This document shows positions 28,036-40,265 of a stretch of DNA of 64,000 nt, in pieces (within the stretch, counting starts at the first letter, position 1; each line of letters opens with the position of its first letter). Under the pieces are notes generated by a model. The model was not told where the DNA came from. It was given only the letters and a program-made list of their open reading frames with translations, and searched no databases. Position numbers and translations under genes: made by a program. This stretch comes from Candidatus Eiseniibacteriota bacterium (GTDB lineage: Bacteria; Eisenbacteria; RBG-16-71-46), in assembly GCA_963717935.1 (NCBI GenBank), contig CAVQXP010000004.1, forward strand, positions 928,001 through 992,000, in the 5' to 3' direction.

Positions 28036-29357
28036 TAGCCTTCCACCCGGCGCAGCTTCAGAAAGTGGGTCGCGCACGAGATGCAGGGGTCGTAGTTGCG
28101 CACCGCCTGTTCGCACTGCCAGGTGAGCGTCGCATCATCCAGCTCGAGCCGGGGCTCGATGAAGTTCCAGAGATCCTCCTCGATGGACTTCTGGTTCTGC
28201 GAGGTCGGCGGGACGATCTTCGCGTCCGCGATGCTGCCGTCCGCCTCGATGCGGTAGCGGTGGAAGAGCAGCCCGCGCGGGGCCTCGGTCGCGGCCGCGC
28301 CCGTGCCGGCGCGCGGCTCGATCCGGACCGCCGGTGCGGCCGGTGGCTCGTAGGCGGCGACGATGCGCAGCGCCTCCTCCACCGCCCACAGGGTCTCGAC
28401 CGAGCGCACCAGGATGCTGTGGAACGGGTTGCGGCACACCGGGCCCAGGCCCGCATCGCGCGCGGCCTGCTGGGCCGCCGGCGTGAGGCGGTCGAAGTTG
28501 AGGCTGTAGCGGGCGAGCGGACCGACCAGGTAGGACTTCACCGCGCCGGGATCGCCCTCCACCGGCGCCCGCTTCGCGCCCTGCAGTGCGTTCGAGTGCC
28601 GGGCGTGCTGCTCGACGAAGTGCCGCTCGTACTCGGACGCCGGGATGTCGAGCCCCAGGCTCGAGACGATCTGGCCCTCGTTGAAGGGGTACTCGTGCGG
28701 GTGGCGCAGCGCCACGAATTCGTAGTCACGCTCGAAGTCGGGGAACTCGAAGCCCTTCACCCAGCCCAGCATGGCGAGTGCCTGCTCGCGGGCGCGCTCG
28801 AGCGGCTCGACCAGGGTGCGCAACTCGCGCCCGGAGGGCGCGCGGTAGAAGCCGCCCACGCGCACGTTGATGGGGTGGATCTCCCGCCCGCCCAGCAGCG
28901 TCACGACGGCGTTGCCGGTCTTCTTGAGCGCGAGCCCGTTCGTCACCTGCCCGGCGTGGTCCTTCGCCATGTGGATGGCGCTCTCGTAGCCCAGGAAGTC
29001 GGGGGCGTGGAGCATCACGACGTGCAGCGCGTGGCTCTCGATCCACTCGCCGCAGTAGAGCAGGCGCCGCAGTTCGCGCAGCGGGCCGTCCACGGTCACG
29101 CCGCAGGCGGCCTCCATCGCGTGGACAGAGCTCATCTGGTAGGCCACCGGGCAGATGCCGCAGATGCGGGCGGTGATGTCGGGCGCCTCGGTGAACTGGC
29201 GCCCGCGCAGGAACGCCTCGAACAGGCGCGGCGGCTCGAAGATGCGGAACTTCACGTCGGCCACCCGGCCATTGCGCACGCGCACCTCCAGCCCGCCCTC
29301 GCCCTCGACGCGGGCCAGCATCGCCACCTTGATGTTCCGGCTCTTGCGGTCACTCAT
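28035..29357 (-). CDS. [NiFe] hydrogenase large (alpha) subunit, group 3b (sulfhydrogenase-like)
   Basis: ARVEGEG, RICGICP (L1), DPCISCATH (L2) with a short cleavable tail. Confidence 0.95.
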   Translation of the reverse strand: MSDRKSRNIKVAMLARVEGEGGLEVRVRNGRVADVKFRIFEPPRLFEAFLRGRQFTEAPDITARICGICPVAYQMSSVHAMEAACGVTVDGPLRELRRLLYCGEWIESHALHVVMLHAPDFLGYESAIHMAKDHAGQVTNGLALKKTGNAVVTLLGGREIHPINVRVGGFYRAPSGRELRTLVEPLERAREQALAMLGWVKGFEFPDFERDYEFVALRHPHEYPFNEGQIVSSLGLDIPASEYERHFVEQHARHSNALQGAKRAPVEGDPGAVKSYLVGPLARYSLNFDRLTPAAQQAARDAGLGPVCRNPFHSILVRSVETLWAVEEALRIVAAYEPPAAPAVRIEPRAGTGAAATEAPRGLLFHRYRIEADGSIADAKIVPPTSQNQKSIEEDLWNFIEPRLELDDATLTWQCEQAVRNYDPCISCATHFLKLRRVEG

Positions 29358-30153
29358 GGGATTCGCTCGCATCGTGCTCATGCAGTTCGCTCGCCTTGCG
29401 GAAGGCCTCGGCTCCGGAGGTGAAGGTGCGGAAGAGCCGCATCAGCTCCTCGTGGGAATAGCCGTGGCCCTGGAGCACCGCGCCCAGGGAGCCGGTGTTG
29501 GCGCTGCCGCGCAGGGGGCCGAAGCACCCGTAGCAGCCGCGCCCGTAGGACGGGCACAGGGCCCCGCAGCCGGTGCGCGTCACCGGACCGAGGCAGGCCT
29601 CGCCGCGGGCCACCGTCACGCACACCACGCCGCGCCGCTTGCAGTCCATGCAGACCGCGTGGCTGGGCAGGAACGGGCGTCGCCCGCCGAGGAACGCCAG
29701 CACCATCTCGAGCAGCTGGTGCTTGTTCACGGGGCAGCCCTGCAGCTCGTAGTCCACCTTGACGTGATGCGAGATGGGCGTGGAGGTCTTGAGCGTGTGG
29801 ATCCAGTCCGGCGTGGCGTAGACCAGGGGCACCCAGCCGCCGACCTCGGCGAAGTTGCGCAGCGCCTGGATGCCACCCGCGGTGGCGCAGGCGCCGATGC
29901 TGACGAGCACCTTCGAGACGCGGCGCACGGCGTGGATCCGCTCGGCGTCGTGCGGTGTGGTGATCGAGCCCTCGACCAGGGTGAGGTCGTAGGGGCCCTT
30001 CAGCACCGCCCGCGACGCCTCCGGGAAGTTGGCGATGTCCACGGCGCCGGCGACGGCGAGCAGTTCGTCCTCGCAGTCGAGGATGCTCAGCTGGCAACCG
30101 TCGCACGAGGCGAACTTGATGACCGCGAGGCGGGGCTTGCGCGAAGCGGCCAC
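29350..30153 (-). CDS. [NiFe] hydrogenase small (delta) subunit
   Basis: [39 protein letters not shown]. Confidence 0.93.
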   Translation of the reverse strand: MAASRKPRLAVIKFASCDGCQLSILDCEDELLAVAGAVDIANFPEASRAVLKGPYDLTLVEGSITTPHDAERIHAVRRVSKVLVSIGACATAGGIQALRNFAEVGGWVPLVYATPDWIHTLKTSTPISHHVKVDYELQGCPVNKHQLLEMVLAFLGGRRPFLPSHAVCMDCKRRGVVCVTVARGEACLGPVTRTGCGALCPSYGRGCYGCFGPLRGSANTGSLGAVLQGHGYSHEELMRLFRTFTSGAEAFRKASELHEHDASESHE

Positions 30154-30154
30154 G

Positions 30155-31027
30155 TCACACCTCCCGGATGCCGAGCAGGGACGCCACCCGGTCGTAGCGG
30201 AACACCGGCCCGTCCTTGCAGATGAACAGCGGGCCGAACTGGCAGTGGCCGCAGAAGCCGACGCCGCACTTCATGTTCCGCTCCATCGAGACCCAGATGC
30301 TCTCGCCGTGCACGCCGTGCCGCTCGAGTTCGCGCTGGGTGAAGTGCATCATGATCTCGGGGCCGCAGACGAAGGCCACCGTGTTCGCCGGGTCGAACTG
30401 GGCCCGCGGGATGAGCGTGGGGACCACGCCCACGCGGCCGTGCCATTGGGATTCGGCGCGGTCCACGGTCACCTCGACGTTCACGTCGAAGCGGCCGCGC
30501 CAGGTCTCGATCTCCTTCGCGAACAGGATGTCCCGCGGGCTGCGGGCGCCGAACAGCAGGTTCACCCGGCCGAAGCGCTCGCGGTTCTCGAGCATGTGGC
30601 AGAGCGCCGGGCGCAGCGGCGCGAGGCCGATGCCGCCCGCCACGAGCAGCACGTCGCGGCCCTCGGCCAGGCGCGCGGGCCAGGGCCTGCCGAACGGACC
30701 GCGCAGCCCGAGCACGTCGCCGCGCCTGAGGCTCCGCAGGGTCTTCGTCACGCGGCCCGCCGCGCGGATGGTGTGCACGACCTTGTCCACCGCGCCCGCG
30801 CAGCCGCTCATCGAGATGGCCGCCTCGCCCACGCCCGGCGCGAAGAGCATGTTGAACTGCCCCGGCTCGAACGTGAACGGCGGGCCCGCCTCGACGGGGG
30901 CGAGCGTCATCGTGAAGGTGTCGTGGGTCTCGGGCTGGGTGCGGACGACGCGCCAGGGCGCCGGCCGCATCGGGTCCGCTCCCTTCACGACCCGGGCGGG
31001 GGTTGCGGCCGCGGCCGGCTCACTCAT
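30155..31027 (-). CDS. Group 3b hydrogenase gamma subunit (FAD/NAD(P)-binding, 2Fe-2S)
   Basis: [38 protein letters not shown]. Confidence 0.93.
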   Translation of the reverse strand: MSEPAAAATPARVVKGADPMRPAPWRVVRTQPETHDTFTMTLAPVEAGPPFTFEPGQFNMLFAPGVGEAAISMSGCAGAVDKVVHTIRAAGRVTKTLRSLRRGDVLGLRGPFGRPWPARLAEGRDVLLVAGGIGLAPLRPALCHMLENRERFGRVNLLFGARSPRDILFAKEIETWRGRFDVNVEVTVDRAESQWHGRVGVVPTLIPRAQFDPANTVAFVCGPEIMMHFTQRELERHGVHGESIWVSMERNMKCGVGFCGHCQFGPLFICKDGPVFRYDRVASLLGIREV

Positions 31028-31493
31028 GTTCGCCCTGATGGTCGCCGTAGAGATCCAGCAGCTGGATGCTCATCGCGTCGAGGCGCCGCAGGATGACCTG
31101 CGAGAAGCGCCGCAGCAGCTCGAAGCCGAGCTCGGGGTCGCTCGCGAACTTGCCGCGCAGACACTTGCCGTCGAACATCAGCACGCGCGTCGAGGTGACC
31201 GCGTGGACGTCGAAGCGCAGCTGGTAGGGCGGCACGAGCCACGACCAGCCGACGACCTCGTCGTCCCCGAGCGTCTGGACGGTGAGCGGCCCGCGGCCGG
31301 GGGCGTGGATCTCCAGCGCGACGCGGCCCTGGCGGATGAGCCAGAACCGGTCGGCCGGCCCGCCGGAGCGGCCCATGAACTCACCGGCCTCGAAGCGCGC
31401 GTTCGCCGCGCAGCCGGTGATGAGCTGGATGTGCTCCGGCTTCAGCCCCTTGAAGAACGGAAGCCCCGACACGATGGGTTCAAGCGTTTCCAC
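31020..31493 (-). CDS. Stand-alone cyclic nucleotide-binding domain protein
   Basis: [28 protein letters not shown]; no HTH. Confidence 0.85.
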   Translation of the reverse strand: METLEPIVSGLPFFKGLKPEHIQLITGCAANARFEAGEFMGRSGGPADRFWLIRQGRVALEIHAPGRGPLTVQTLGDDEVVGWSWLVPPYQLRFDVHAVTSTRVLMFDGKCLRGKFASDPELGFELLRRFSQVILRRLDAMSIQLLDLYGDHQGEHE

Positions 31494-32658
31494 GTGATCT
31501 CTCCTTCCCGCGCTCGTGCTGCCGCAGCGCGCCGGCCTCCTCCGTGATGTCGATTCCGGCCGGGCACCAGGTGATGCACCGGCCGCATCCGACGCAGCCC
31601 GACGAACCGAACTGCTCGTGCCAGGAGCCGAGCTTGTGGGTGAGCCACTGGCGGTAGCGAGAGCGGATGGACGACCGCACGTTCCCGCCGTGGATGTAGG
31701 TGAAGTCGACCGAGAAGCAGGAGTCCCAGCGGCGCACCCGGCGGCTCAGGCCCGCCGCGAGGTCCGTCGAGTCCTCGGTCGTGACGCAGAAGCAGGTGGG
31801 ACAGACCGAGGTGCAGTTGCCGCAGGCCAGGCAGCGCGCGGCGACCACGTCCCAATGCGGGTGCTCCTGGCTCTGCGCGAGCAGGGCGGGCAGCCCCTCG
31901 GTCTCGAGCGTGCGGCCCATCCCCGCGGTGGCGCGCGCCACCGCCGCCTCCACCGCGTCGGTCTCGGCCGCCGTGGTGGGGGTGGCGCGCAGCTCGGCGA
32001 GGATCTCGCCGCCGCGCTCGCTGCCGGCCTCGGCCACGAACACGTGGCGTCCGCCCTCGAGCAGCTCGGTCAGGAGCAGGTCGTGCCCCGAGCGGACCCG
32101 GGGGCCCGTGCCCATGGAGGCGCAGAAGCAGGTGCTGCCCGCGCGCCCGCACTGCACCGCGATCAGCAGGGCGCCTGCGCGCCGCGCCCGGTAGACCGGG
32201 TCGGCCGGTTCGCCGCCGAGCAGGACGCGGTCCTGCACCGCGATGGCGGCCAGCTCGCAGGCGCGCAGGCCGAAGAAGGCCAGCTTCGCGGTCCGCGGGT
32301 CGCCGTCCAGCAGCTGCAACCCGGTGCCCTCGCGGCGCGCGTTCAGCAGCGTGATCGCCGCCGGGTGCAGCGATGCCTTGGGCGAGGCCGGTCCCACGGT
32401 CCAGTCGAAGAGCGCCGGTCCGTCGGAGCGTGTGAGCCGGTAACGCCCTGCCCCCTGCTCGTCGGTCCAGCCCGCGGGCAGTTCGCCTGCGTCCGAGACC
32501 TCATCCCAGACGATGGCGCCGTCGCGGGCCACGGGTCCCATGACCGTGTAGCCGCGGGCGCGCAGGACCTCGAAAAGCCGGTCGAGATCCGTCCGCTCGA
32601 TGGTGGATCGCCGTGTTGCCGCTGCCGGGCTTTGTTGCATGGGTTCCTCGGGGCTCAT
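31480..32658 (-). CDS. Group 3b hydrogenase beta subunit (4Fe-4S; AsrA-like)
   Basis: [29 protein letters not shown]. Confidence 0.92.
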   Translation of the reverse strand: MSPEEPMQQSPAAATRRSTIERTDLDRLFEVLRARGYTVMGPVARDGAIVWDEVSDAGELPAGWTDEQGAGRYRLTRSDGPALFDWTVGPASPKASLHPAAITLLNARREGTGLQLLDGDPRTAKLAFFGLRACELAAIAVQDRVLLGGEPADPVYRARRAGALLIAVQCGRAGSTCFCASMGTGPRVRSGHDLLLTELLEGGRHVFVAEAGSERGGEILAELRATPTTAAETDAVEAAVARATAGMGRTLETEGLPALLAQSQEHPHWDVVAARCLACGNCTSVCPTCFCVTTEDSTDLAAGLSRRVRRWDSCFSVDFTYIHGGNVRSSIRSRYRQWLTHKLGSWHEQFGSSGCVGCGRCITWCPAGIDITEEAGALRQHERGKERSRGNA

Positions 32659-32725
32659 GCGGGGCCGATGGCACCACCCCTGCGCGCGGGTCCTCCGTCC
32701 CGCGGCGCGAAGCGGCGAAACTCAT

Positions 32726-32752
32726 ATGAAAGGCACAACTTGTGCCGTTCAT
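32726..32752 (-). promoter_or_regulatory. Palindromic operator or sigma54-like -24/-12 element upstream of the hydrogenase operon
   Basis: ATGAAAGGCACAACTTGTGCCGTTCAT near-perfect palindrome; minus strand reads CGGCAC-N5-GTGC. Confidence 0.55.
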
Positions 32753-32943
32753 GCGCCCGCCCGAGGACCGCACCGCCGGGCGCGCGGGAACCCGCAAGTC
32801 CCGGTCTCCTAACGAGTGCCGCCCGGCCTCCCGTCCGCGCGGGACGCCGGCCCGGGTCCGGTCCTGACGCCCGTGGCCAAGCCGGGCGGCAGGGCATGAC
32901 GGGGCTGACAGGCCCCGCGGAGGAGGAGCGGGCCGAGCCCGGG

Positions 32944-33983
<1,040 letters not shown>

Positions 33984-33987
<4 letters not shown>

Positions 33988-35516
33988 GGCGCGGTCGCTC
34001 CCAGCCGGCCGGTCATGTGGAGGCCGAGGGTGCGCTCGTCGGTCTCGGCCGGCCTCGTCTCGTGCACCAGGCGCCCCTCGTACATCACGAAGATGCGATC
34101 CGAGAGCGCCAGGATCTCGGACAGTTCCGAGGAGACCAGGAGCACCGCGCGCCCGGCATCGCGCTCGCGCAGCAGTCGCTGGTGAAGGAACGCGACCGCG
34201 CCGAGGTCCACGCCGCGCGTGGGGTGCGCGGCCAGCACCACGGCCGCGCCGCGGCTCAGCTCGCGCGCGGCGATGAGCTTCTGCTGGTTGCCGCCCGAGA
34301 GCTGACGCGCCGGCCGCCCGGGCTCGGGCGGCCGCACGTCGTACTCGGCCAGCACGCCCGCGGCCCGTGCCTCGAGCGCGCGGCGCGGCAGCAGCGGCCC
34401 GCGGCCCGAGTCCGGCTCGCGCTGGCGGCCCAGCACCAGGTTCTCGGCCAGCGTCATCTCGGGGACCAGCCCGCGGCGCAACCGGTCGCTGGGGATGTGG
34501 GCGAGGCCCGCGGCCGCCCGCCCCCGGGCCCCGAGCGCCGTGCAGTCGCGCTCGGCGATGGACAGGTCGCCGTGCTGCGAGCGCCTGAGCCCCGCCAGGC
34601 ACTCGACCAGCTCGTGCTGGCCATTCCCCTCGACGCCCGCCAGGCCGACGATCTCGCCCGCGTGGACCTCGAAGGAGACGCGCTTCACCGCCTGCAGTCC
34701 CCGGTCGTCGAGCACGTCGAGCAGGCGCACGCGCAGCAGCGGGACGCGCTCCTCGTGCTGCGCGCGGGCGTGCAGCGCCGGGATGGCGTGCCCCACCATG
34801 AGCTCGGCCATGCGCTCGACCGGGTGCTCCGCGATGGGCCCGCCGCCCACCACGCGCCCGGCGCGCATCACCGTGACGCGCTGCGCCAGCGCGGTCACCT
34901 CGGCCAGCTTGTGGGTGATGAGCACGATCGTCGTGCCCTGCGCCTGCAGCTCGCGCAGCACGTGGAAGAGGTCGTCCACCTCCTGCGGCGTGAGCACCGC
35001 CGTGGGCTCGTCCAGGATGAGCACCCGGGCGCCGTGGTAGAGCGCCTTGAGGATCTCCACCCGCTGCTGGGCTCCGACCGAGAGCGTCTCGATGCGCGCG
35101 CCGGGTTCCACGGGCAGGCCGTGGCGCCCGGCCAGCGCGGCCACCTCGCGCTCGGCCGCCGCCGGGCTGTAGCTCCCGAGGGCGCCGCGCGGCTCGCGAC
35201 CGAGCGTGACGTTCTCCGCCACGGTGAGCGAGCCCACCAGCATGAAGTGCTGGTGGACCATGCCGAGCCCGAGCCGCATCGCGGCCGCCGGGCTGTGGAT
35301 GCGCGCCACGCGGCCGGCGATCTCGATGGTGCCCGAGTCGGGCTGGATCAGGCCGTAGAGGACGCGCATGAGCGTGCTCTTGCCGGCCCCGTTCTCGCCG
35401 ACCAGGCCGTGGATCTCGCCGGGCCGCAGGTCGAGCGAGACATCGTCGTTCGCCACGACCGGCCCGAAGTGGCGGGTGATGTGGCGCAGCGAGATGGCCG
35501 GGGCGGAGGCGCTCAT
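33984..35516 (-). CDS. Nucleoside/sugar ABC transporter ATP-binding protein (tandem NBD)
   Basis: GENGAGKST, LILDEPT, LSGGNQQK. Confidence 0.95.
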
Positions 35517-35553
35517 GGTGCGCGGAGCCTACCACGGCCCGGAGGGGTGGAGT

Positions 35554-35608
35554 GGGCAGCCCGCAGCGTCCTCGCGGAGGGCTTCCCGCCGACCGCTGCG
35601 GGCTGCCC
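35554..35608. repeat. Hairpin family 2 copy B (perfect 15-bp stem, 25-nt loop)
   Basis: GGGCAGCCCGCAGCG / CGCTGCGGGCTGCCC; interior matches 27466-27501. Confidence 0.8.
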
Positions 35609-35630
35609 CACGCGGCCTTCCCCCCGAACG

Positions 35631-36491
35631 TCAGGGCGGGCCGGGCTCCATCCGCTCCCACGCGATGCGCACGTTCTCCCGGTGGACGTCGTCCATGGGA
35701 TACGCGGCGCCCTTGCCGACGTAGTCCATGGACGCGAGCCGCGCCTGCGCTTCCTCGACCGCGAGCCCGGCGCGGCGCGCGGCCCGCACCTCCGCCTCGA
35801 GCGAATCGAGATAACCCAGGTCGCGGTGCAGCCGCTCGAGCACGACGGCTCTCCCACGGGCGATCGCGCCGTGGCCCGGAACCAGCGTCTCGATCTCCCC
35901 GGCGCTCGCGAGGGCCTCGATCCGCTCCAGCGTCCTGCGATAGGCCGCGGGCTCCCGGTCGAGCCACGGGATCTCGAGGTCCGAGAGCAGGTCGCCCGCG
36001 AGGAGCAGGCGGCGCGCCGGCAGGTGCGCGGTGATCTGGCTGTCGCAGTGGCCGGGCGCCCCGCGCAGCACGAGCTGCCACGGTCCCAGCGCGAGCGATC
36101 GCTCTTCCTCGACGGCGAGATCGGGCTCGAAGGGCTGGAAGCCGCGGCTCCACGACTCGCCGGCCCGGGCCGCGTGCCCGGATGCCTCGCCGAGGATCGC
36201 GCCCGCCTCGCGCCGCAGCTCGGCCGCGAGGCCCGCGTGCCCGACGGTGCCCGCCTCCGGCCACCAGGGCCGCCCGAGCACGTGGTCCCAGTGCGAGTGC
36301 GTGAAGACGAGCGTGACCGCGGGCGCACCGCCGCGGCTCACCGCCGCGGCCAGATCGTCCAGCTCGGAGGGAAGTACCCCCGGGTCCACGAGCACCGCGT
36401 GCTCGCGCTCGAGCAGCAGCGCGCTGTTCATCCAGAACACGCGGCTCTGCCGCACGTGCACGCCGCCGCCGAGGTCGGTCCAGGGGGTCAT
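35631..36491 (-). CDS. Metallo-beta-lactamase-fold hydrolase
   Basis: LVDPG, THSHWDH, PGH, AGD, VPGHG. Confidence 0.9.
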   Translation of the reverse strand: MTPWTDLGGGVHVRQSRVFWMNSALLLEREHAVLVDPGVLPSELDDLAAAVSRGGAPAVTLVFTHSHWDHVLGRPWWPEAGTVGHAGLAAELRREAGAILGEASGHAARAGESWSRGFQPFEPDLAVEEERSLALGPWQLVLRGAPGHCDSQITAHLPARRLLLAGDLLSDLEIPWLDREPAAYRRTLERIEALASAGEIETLVPGHGAIARGRAVVLERLHRDLGYLDSLEAEVRAARRAGLAVEEAQARLASMDYVGKGAAYPMDDVHRENVRIAWERMEPGPP

Positions 36492-36506
36492 GCGCCGGCG
36501 CGGGGC

Positions 36507-37538
36507 CTACTCCGTCGGGACGACGATCCGCCCCGCGACGATCTCGGCCTTGAACGAGTCCACGCGCGCCTTCACACGGTCCGGGACCAGCGCCCTGTTC
36601 CGGTCGTCGTAGACCCAGCCCACGCCGTCCTCCCTGAGGCCGAACTCGCGGATGCCGCCCTGCCAGCGCCCTTCTTCGAGCTCGCTGACCGTGTCGAAGA
36701 CCGACGTCTCCACGTGCTTCACCATCGAGGTGAGGATGAAGCCCGGCGCCTCGGCGTACTGGTCCGAGTCCACGCCGATGGCGAGCCGGTCCTTCTCGCG
36801 CGCCGCCTCGAACACGCCCAGGCCCGTCGAGCCCGAGGCGTGGAAGATGATGTCGGCTCCCTGGTTGTACTCCGCCAGGCCCAGTTCCTTGCCCTTGGTC
36901 GGATCCTTGAAGGCGGTGCCCGTCGTGCCCGCGTACTTCACCAGGACCTCGACCTTCGGGTCCGCCGCCTTCGCGCCGGCGCGGTAACCAGCCTCGAACT
37001 TCTTGATGAGCGGGATCTCCATGCCGCCGACGAAGCCCACCTTGCCGGTCTTCGTCAGGAGGCCCGCGAGCGCGCCCACCAGGAACGAGCCCTCGTGCTC
37101 CTTGAACTCGAGCGCCACGAGGTTGGGCGGGAGCGCCTGGCCTTCCTTCACGGTGTAGTCCACGCAGGCGAACTTCACGTCCGGGAACTCCTGCGCGAGC
37201 CCGTAGATGTCGTCGGAGAAGAGGAAGCCCACGCCGAAGACCAGTTGCGAGCCGCCCGCGGCGAGCTGGCGCATCTGGGCTTCGCGGTCCGCGCCCTCGC
37301 CCGTCTCGAGCGTGCTGAAGGTGATGCCCAGCTCCCGCTGCGCGCGCTCGAGGCCGGCGTAGGCCGCGTCGTTGAAGGACTTGTCCCCGCGCCCGCCGAT
37401 GTCGAACACCAGGCCGACCTTGAGTGCGCCCGCCGCGGCGGCCGGCGGCGCGGGCCTGTCAGCCTGCCTTGCGCACCCTGCGGCGAGGACGGCGACGGCG
37501 AGCAGGGCGAGCACGCGCGGGAACGGGGACGACCTCAT
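36507..37538 (-). CDS. BMP-family (PnrA/TmpC-like) nucleoside-binding lipoprotein
   Basis: Lipobox [26 protein letters not shown]. Confidence 0.93.
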   Translation of the reverse strand: MRSSPFPRVLALLAVAVLAAGCARQADRPAPPAAAAGALKVGLVFDIGGRGDKSFNDAAYAGLERAQRELGITFSTLETGEGADREAQMRQLAAGGSQLVFGVGFLFSDDIYGLAQEFPDVKFACVDYTVKEGQALPPNLVALEFKEHEGSFLVGALAGLLTKTGKVGFVGGMEIPLIKKFEAGYRAGAKAADPKVEVLVKYAGTTGTAFKDPTKGKELGLAEYNQGADIIFHASGSTGLGVFEAAREKDRLAIGVDSDQYAEAPGFILTSMVKHVETSVFDTVSELEEGRWQGGIREFGLREDGVGWVYDDRNRALVPDRVKARVDSFKAEIVAGRIVVPTE

Positions 37539-38145
37539 CGGAACCTCCGGGTGGGGGCGGCTCTTCGGGTGCGACGGCGCGGCGGCCCAGCTCGAAGCAG
37601 CGGCGGCAGCGCGCCTCGTAGAGATCAGCGCCCCCCACCACCACGCGGGCCGTGCGGCGCTTCTTGCGGTAGCTGCGATTGGCGGGGTTGCCGCACACCA
37701 CGCAGATGGCGAGCGTCTTGGTGATGTACTCGGCGATGGCGAGCAGTTGCGGCATGGGCTCGAACGGCTTGCCGAGGTAGTCCTGGTCCAGCCCCGCGAC
37801 GATGACGCGCTTGCCGCGCCGGGCCAGGCGCTCGCAGACCTTCACCAGGTCGGGGCCCAGGAACTGGCCCTCGTCGATGCCGATGACCTGGGCCTCGTGG
37901 GCGTGGCGCAGCACGTCCTTCGCGGTCTTGACCGCCCGCGAGGGGATGCGCAGCTCCGAGTGCGACACGATCTGGTCGCGGCCGAAGCGGTCGTCGATGG
38001 CGGGCTTGAAGATCGCGACCCGCTGGCGGGCGATCTGGGCGCGGCGCAGGCGGCGGATGAGCTCCTCCGTCTTTCCGCTGTACATGCTCCCGACGATCAC
38101 CTCGATCCAGCCGGAGTTGACGAACGGCAGGGTGGGTTCGGTCAT
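37459..38145 (-). CDS. tdk: Thymidine kinase
   Basis: [36 protein letters not shown]. Confidence 0.95.
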   Translation of the reverse strand: MTEPTLPFVNSGWIEVIVGSMYSGKTEELIRRLRRAQIARQRVAIFKPAIDDRFGRDQIVSHSELRIPSRAVKTAKDVLRHAHEAQVIGIDEGQFLGPDLVKVCERLARRGKRVIVAGLDQDYLGKPFEPMPQLLAIAEYITKTLAICVVCGNPANRSYRKKRRTARVVVGGADLYEARCRRCFELGRRAVAPEEPPPPGGSDEVVPVPARARPARRRRPRRRVRKAG

Positions 38146-38220
38146 GGCGGACGGACGCTAACCACCGCGGCGGGCCGTGTCAACGGGGCGTTCGGTCACG
38201 ACCGGGCGCCCGCGGCTGCA

Positions 38221-38273
38221 CCTTGATGCGTCCTTGATGCGCGCGGCCCGACTCTTGAGCCACCCCTGACGCG
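38221..38273 (+). promoter_or_regulatory. Direct-repeat operator upstream of kdp (putative KdpE boxes)
   Basis: CCTTGATGCG at 38221 and 38232; degenerate TCTTGAGCC (38253) and CCCTGACGCG (38264); 11/21/11 spacing. Confidence 0.6.
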
Positions 38274-38313
38274 CGGCCGGGGTCTAATCAGGCAGGTCGA
38301 AAGGGAGGACCGC

Positions 38314-38400
38314 ATGCAGGACCTGGGTCTGGTCGCACTCGTGATCGTGTTCTTCGCGCTCTCGCTGGCCTTCGCCCGGCTGTGCGCGCGGCTGCGCTGA
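38314..38400 (+). CDS. 28-aa membrane peptide upstream of kdpF (MQDLGLVALVIVFFALSLAFARLCARLR)
   Basis: Strong SD GGGAGG; single TM; below the ORF-track cutoff. Confidence 0.7.
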   Translation: MQDLGLVALVIVFFALSLAFARLCARLR

Positions 38401-38407
38401 GGCGGCG

Positions 38408-38497
38408 ATGAACGTCCTCTACGCGGTGGGCGCGGTCATCACGATCCTGTTGTTCGTCTACCTGGTCTTCGCGATGCTGCAGCCGGAGCGCTTCTGA
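38408..38497 (+). CDS. kdpF: K+-transporting ATPase subunit F
   Basis: MNVLYAVGAVITILLFVYLVFAMLQPERF; YL..A...PE.F signature; TGATG overlap with kdpA. Confidence 0.9.
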   Translation: MNVLYAVGAVITILLFVYLVFAMLQPERF

Positions 38498-40245
38498 TGA
38501 CCGCCCATGCCGTGATCGAGCTGGCGGTCTGGCTGGCCGCACTGCTGGCGCTCGGGCCGCCGCTGGGCCGTTACATCGCGCGAATCCTCGAGGGTCGTCC
38601 GACCTGGCCGGGGCGGGTGCTCGGGCCGTTCGAGCGCCTGCTCTACCGGCTCGCCGGCGTGAGGCCGGAGGTCGAGACCGACTGGCTGCGCTACGCCCTG
38701 GGCATGCTGCTCTTCAACGCCGCCGGGCTGCTGCTGGTCTACGCGTTGCAGCGGCTCCAGGCCGTGCTGCCGCTGAACCCGCAGCACCTGCCGGCGGTCC
38801 CGCCGCACCTCGCCTTCGACATCGCGGTGAGCTTTGCCACCAACACGAACTGGCAGAGCTACCCGGGCGAGGCCACGCTGGGCTACCTGGTCCAGATGGC
38901 CGGGCTCACCGTGCAGAACTTCGTCTCGGCCGCCACCGGCATGGCCGTCCTGGCCGCGCTCGTCCGCGGGCTGGCGCGGCGCTCGGCCGTCACGATCGGC
39001 AACTTCTGGGTGGACCTCACGCGCTCGACGCTCTACGTGCTGCTGCCGCTCGCCATCGTGCTCGCGCTGGCGCTGGTCTCCCAGGGCGTGGTGCAGACGC
39101 TGGTGCCCACGCGCACGGTCGCGTTGCTGCAGCCGGTGGCCGCCGGGGATGGCGGGACCGTCACGGTGCAGCACATTGCGGTCGGTCCGGCGGCCTCGCA
39201 GGTCGCCATCAAGCAGCTCGGCACGAACGGCGGCGGCTTCTTCAACACCAACTCGGCCCACCCGCTCGAGAACCCGACACCGCTTTCGAACTTCCTCGAG
39301 TTGCTGGCCATCCTGCTCATCCCGGTGGCGCTGTGCTTCACCTTCGGCGAGATGGTCGCCGACCGGCGCCAGGGCTGGGCGGTGTTCGCGGCCATGGGGT
39401 TGCTCTTCCTGCTGTTCGTCGTCTCCTGCCTGGTCGCCGAGCAGGCTGGCAACCCGCGCCTGGCCGCCCTGGGCGTGGACATCCGTTCCGGCGCGCTGCA
39501 GCCGGGCGGGAACCTGGAGGGCAAGGAGGCCCGCTTCGGCGTCGTCGGCTCGGCCCTCTGGGCCACGGCGACCACCGCGGCCTCGAACGGCTCGGTCAAC
39601 GCCATGCACGACTCCTTCACGCCGCTCGGCGGCCTGGTGCCGATGCTGCTGATCCAGCTCGGTGAGGTGGTCTTCGGCGGGGTCGGCTCGGGGCTCTACG
39701 GCATGCTGATGTTCGTGATCGCCGCGGTCTTCATCTCGGGTCTCATGGTCGGACGCACGCCCGAGTACCTGGGCAAGAAGATCGAGGCCTTCGAGATGAA
39801 GATGGCCTCGCTCGTCATCCTGATCCCGCCGCTGACGGTCCAGGTCGGGACCGCCCTGGCGGTCGGTTCCGCCGCCGGCCGGGCCGCGGTGCTGAACCCC
39901 GGGCCGCACGGGTTCAGCGAGATCCTCTATGCGTTCTCCTCGGCGGCCAACAACAACGGCAGTGCGTTCGCGGGACTGGCCACGAACGTCCCGTTCTACG
40001 ACCTGGCGCTGGGGCTGGCCATGCTGGCCGGCCGCTACTGGCTCGCCGTCCCGGCACTGGCCCTCGCCGGTTCGCTGGCGGCGAAGAAGCGGCTCCCGGC
40101 CGGCCCGGGCACGCTGCCCACCCACACCCCGCTGTTCGTGATGCTCGTCGTGGCCACCGTCCTGGTGGTCGGAGCGCTGGCCATGTTCCCGGCCCTGGCG
40201 CTCGGACCGATCGTCGAGCACCTGATGGTCGTCGGCACGCATTGA
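38497..40245 (+). CDS. kdpA: K+-transporting ATPase subunit A
   Basis: [30 protein letters not shown]. Confidence 0.97.
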   Translation: MTAHAVIELAVWLAALLALGPPLGRYIARILEGRPTWPGRVLGPFERLLYRLAGVRPEVETDWLRYALGMLLFNAAGLLLVYALQRLQAVLPLNPQHLPAVPPHLAFDIAVSFATNTNWQSYPGEATLGYLVQMAGLTVQNFVSAATGMAVLAALVRGLARRSAVTIGNFWVDLTRSTLYVLLPLAIVLALALVSQGVVQTLVPTRTVALLQPVAAGDGGTVTVQHIAVGPAASQVAIKQLGTNGGGFFNTNSAHPLENPTPLSNFLELLAILLIPVALCFTFGEMVADRRQGWAVFAAMGLLFLLFVVSCLVAEQAGNPRLAALGVDIRSGALQPGGNLEGKEARFGVVGSALWATATTAASNGSVNAMHDSFTPLGGLVPMLLIQLGEVVFGGVGSGLYGMLMFVIAAVFISGLMVGRTPEYLGKKIEAFEMKMASLVILIPPLTVQVGTALAVGSAAGRAAVLNPGPHGFSEILYAFSSAANNNGSAFAGLATNVPFYDLALGLAMLAGRYWLAVPALALAGSLAAKKRLPAGPGTLPTHTPLFVMLVVATVLVVGALAMFPALALGPIVEHLMVVGTH

Positions 40246-40265
40246 CGCGCGAAAGGACCGCACCG

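Noticed and set aside
37459..37560. Arg-rich C-terminal extension of Tdk as a novel domain
   Set aside because: It overlaps the bmp start in another frame and looks like read-through into non-conserved sequence, possibly from an indel.
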